DNA from: Bacteroidales bacterium
GTDB lineage: Bacteria; Bacteroidota; Bacteroidia; Bacteroidales; JBDKHP01
NCBI GenBank assembly: GCA_965230435.1
Contig: CBDDLB010000006.1
Span: 2,591,101 to 2,623,100, forward strand
DNA: 32,000 nucleotides
Reading direction: 5' to 3'
The notes below the pieces were generated by a model. That model did no database searches and had not been told where the DNA came from. It was given only the letters and a program-made list of their open reading frames with translations. Position 1 is the stretch's first letter. The number at the start of each line of letters is the position of its first letter. The position numbers and the translations under genes were made by a program. Shown here one piece after another: positions 29,905 through 32,000 of the stretch.

Positions 29905-31749
29905 TCAAACAACAAATATATCGCTTTCAATCGGTAATTCTACGTAAATATGCGTCCCTTTCCCAGGCCGCGAATGAAGATACAGATTACAGTTGATCAG
30001 TGCCGCGCGTTCACGCATATTGTTAAGACCATTACCCGATTCGCGCTTCTGATTTTGCTCTTCCACACTGGAAATGTCGAAACCGACACCATCATCTTTA
30101 ATAATCATAAGAATATGCTCAAGCGTATTCGAAACCTCAACCACGATTAACGACGCCTCCGAGTACTTCATAGCATTATTGATAGCCTCCTGACAAATAC
30201 GATAGAAACTAATTTCAATGTTTTTGTTCAACCGACGCTCAATCCGAAGCTTGTCGTTAAATTCTATCGGAATCCGATACTGTGGCATCGAAGTAAGCTC
30301 ACGTAATGCTGGCGACAATCCATAATCGCGTAAAACAACAGGCAACAGGTCGGACGAAATACGCCTTGTTTCTTTAATTGTATCTTGCAGAATCTGCTTC
30401 AACCCATCAATTTTCTCCTGTTCCTTCTCCTCTTCAGAATGGATCGATTCAAGGCCGAATTTCAGTGCCGTCAACATTTGCCCAATACCATCGTGCACTT
30501 CCTGCGCCATGCGTTTCCGTTCACGTTCCTGTCCCGTAACGATCGATAACGATCGGATTTTCTGCTCATGCTGTTGCTTACGTAAACGTTCATCGTTAAT
30601 ACGTTGCAGTTCAGTTTCAGTGTGTTTTCTTTTCGTAATGTCCGAGCAGATCACAAGGTACTGATACAGGTCACCTTCCATCGAAATAATCGGAATAAGC
30701 GTAACATCGAGCCAGAAGAAACTATAGTCCTTAGCATGGTCGTATATCTCTCCTTGCCAAAGTGTTTTGCACTTTTCAGGATTGCGAATATGGTCGTAAA
30801 TAATACTTTCCTCTTCTCCCAGTTTGTTCTCAAAAAGCTTTCTACTGGTGAGTTCTTCAAGCTTGTATTTCGTAATCTGGCAATAGAGCTTGTTGGCATA
30901 TAGAATTCTACCGTTCTGATCTGTTTTTATCAAGATCGTAGCTTCATCCAGAGCGTAATTCGTGTCATGTAGTTCCTTGTTCGAAAGTATCAACGATTCG
31001 TTCGTGGCCTTAAGCTCATTAGCAAGCTTAGTAGCTTTGGCTTCAGATTGGGTGAGTTCTGCGATTACCCGTTTTATTTTCTTTCCAACAGGATTGAAGA
31101 TAAAAACGGCCTCAAGCGTAAGGACGATGAGTACTACCGCAAGCAAAAAACTTTCAATATTTTTCAGACGTTCCACACGCGCCTGAGCCTCTTCCGCATA
31201 GCGGAATACAATAGCATCCATGCCATGTAAAAATTCTGACTCGTACTTCAGAATCGTCTCTTTCCCTTCAATAAGCTTTGCTTGGTTCCAATTCCTTTGT
31301 TGCTCCAACACAAGAGCCGCCCCTTCTTTTATCTTCAAGAACGAAGGAGACAATTGTTCGAAGAGTTTCATCACGTCATCGCTATTCTCTCCATGAAAAC
31401 CCATTTGCGAGTCGCGGCTTTTCAGGGCATTATGAAACGACGTCCATTCCTCTACTGTGTTCTTCAGCTCGTCAAAGTTTGATTTATCTCGATTTGTTGA
31501 TATAATGAGGGTGAGTTTTGCAATTTTCTGGCTCAGCATTCGCTGTCGGCCTGCAATATTCACTATCTTAGAATCATTATTCTGTTCTGAGATAATGTAT
31601 TGAACAAGCACATTGCTTGCAATAGACACAACAGCAACAGTAAAAAGTGCAATCCCATACATCGTATTGAAGTACCGGAAGGCATATCGCCCCGAGTCTT
31701 CAGATGTGGAGGCAGGGATATTTTGACTAAATAACTTAAGAAGTTTCAT
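29905..31749 (-). CDS. NarX-like sensor histidine kinase (PilJ/P-box sensor, TM, PAS, HisKA_3, HATPase_c)
   Basis: Motifs are NIAGRQRMLSQKIAKL (a NarX-type periplasmic box), the H-box ERERKRMAQEVHDGIGQ, and IKDDGVGF...GNGLNNMRERA. ATG 31749 (MKLLKLF...) is preferred over the ORF track's TTG 31782. Confidence 0.85.
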   Translation of the reverse strand: MKLLKLFSQNIPASTSEDSGRYAFRYFNTMYGIALFTVAVVSIASNVLVQYIISEQNNDSKIVNIAGRQRMLSQKIAKLTLIISTNRDKSNFDELKNTVEEWTSFHNALKSRDSQMGFHGENSDDVMKLFEQLSPSFLKIKEGAALVLEQQRNWNQAKLIEGKETILKYESEFLHGMDAIVFRYAEEAQARVERLKNIESFLLAVVLIVLTLEAVFIFNPVGKKIKRVIAELTQSEAKATKLANELKATNESLILSNKELHDTNYALDEATILIKTDQNGRILYANKLYCQITKYKLEELTSRKLFENKLGEEESIIYDHIRNPEKCKTLWQGEIYDHAKDYSFFWLDVTLIPIISMEGDLYQYLVICSDITKRKHTETELQRINDERLRKQQHEQKIRSLSIVTGQERERKRMAQEVHDGIGQMLTALKFGLESIHSEEEKEQEKIDGLKQILQDTIKETRRISSDLLPVVLRDYGLSPALRELTSMPQYRIPIEFNDKLRIERRLNKNIEISFYRICQEAINNAMKYSEASLIVVEVSNTLEHILMIIKDDGVGFDISSVEEQNQKRESGNGLNNMRERAALINCNLYLHSRPGKGTHIYVELPIESDIFVV

Positions 31750-31889
31750 TTGGTATTTGCGATTGGGGCTGTTTTTACACAAAAATACGTAATTTTACTG
31801 AAATAGACCGATCAAGATAACATGTAGAGTCAGGGCAGACGCATCAAATGAAAACCGAAGGTTTTCCCGAAAGACAAAGTCTTTCAGTT

Positions 31890-32000
31890 CCCCTCCTTGT
31901 TAAGGAGGGGCTAGGGGTGGTTTATTACTTCAAATCATAAGGTATTAATAACGAACGGATTGTGTTTTTTTTGTTATACAACCACCCCCGCCCCCTCCTT
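31890..32000 (-). repeat. R3 GC-hairpin repeat element, copy 2 (inverted, truncated by the window end)
   Basis: It starts with cccctccttgttaaggagggg (31890-31910), then ctaggggtggtt, an AT-rich spacer, and aaccacccccgccccctcctt at 31980-32000. The reverse complement matches the order of parts in 14915-15010. Confidence 0.55.

Overview
No database or HMM searches were run. All family names come from recognising motifs in the translated ORFs or the DNA, and all alignments were done by eye. The window looks like a Bacteroidota-type chromosome: it has a TTTG-N19-TAnnTTTG promoter, lipobox lipoproteins and typical DUF content. The taxon is not verified.

**Left third (1-11.8 kb): accessory and mobile.**
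- The 5' end of a CheA-like HPt gene and a RelE/ParE toxin-antitoxin pair.
- A helical hypothetical gene preceded by a 41-bp x ~8.4 palindromic tandem array.
- An IS110-family element nested in a 169-bp MITE, which is itself nested in a hairpin loop. Two empty target sites elsewhere in the window fix the IS boundaries.
- The most interesting locus is a two-gene cassette at 5311-10890. Gene 1 encodes three cytoplasmic TIR modules, one TM helix and a periplasmic FGE-sulfatase domain. Gene 2 encodes a secreted protein with WG repeats and 12-13 copies of an unrecognised helical repeat.
- The cassette is bracketed by direct repeats exactly 6020 bp apart (6 mismatches in 263 nt). These belong to a five-copy dispersed family (R2) that shows compensatory base changes.

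**Remainder: mostly core genes on the minus strand.**
- A sulfate-assimilation operon: DUF2061-cysH-cysD-cysN-sir-cobA, with a promoter plus a terminator/antiterminator leader.
- A CHAP amidase and multi-TM protein pair.
- A PAS histidine kinase with a CheY-like regulator.
- A lone FecCD permease, hutH, and four small secreted proteins or lipoproteins.
- A NarX-like kinase and LuxR-type regulator pair, separated by an ~880-bp nest of repeats.
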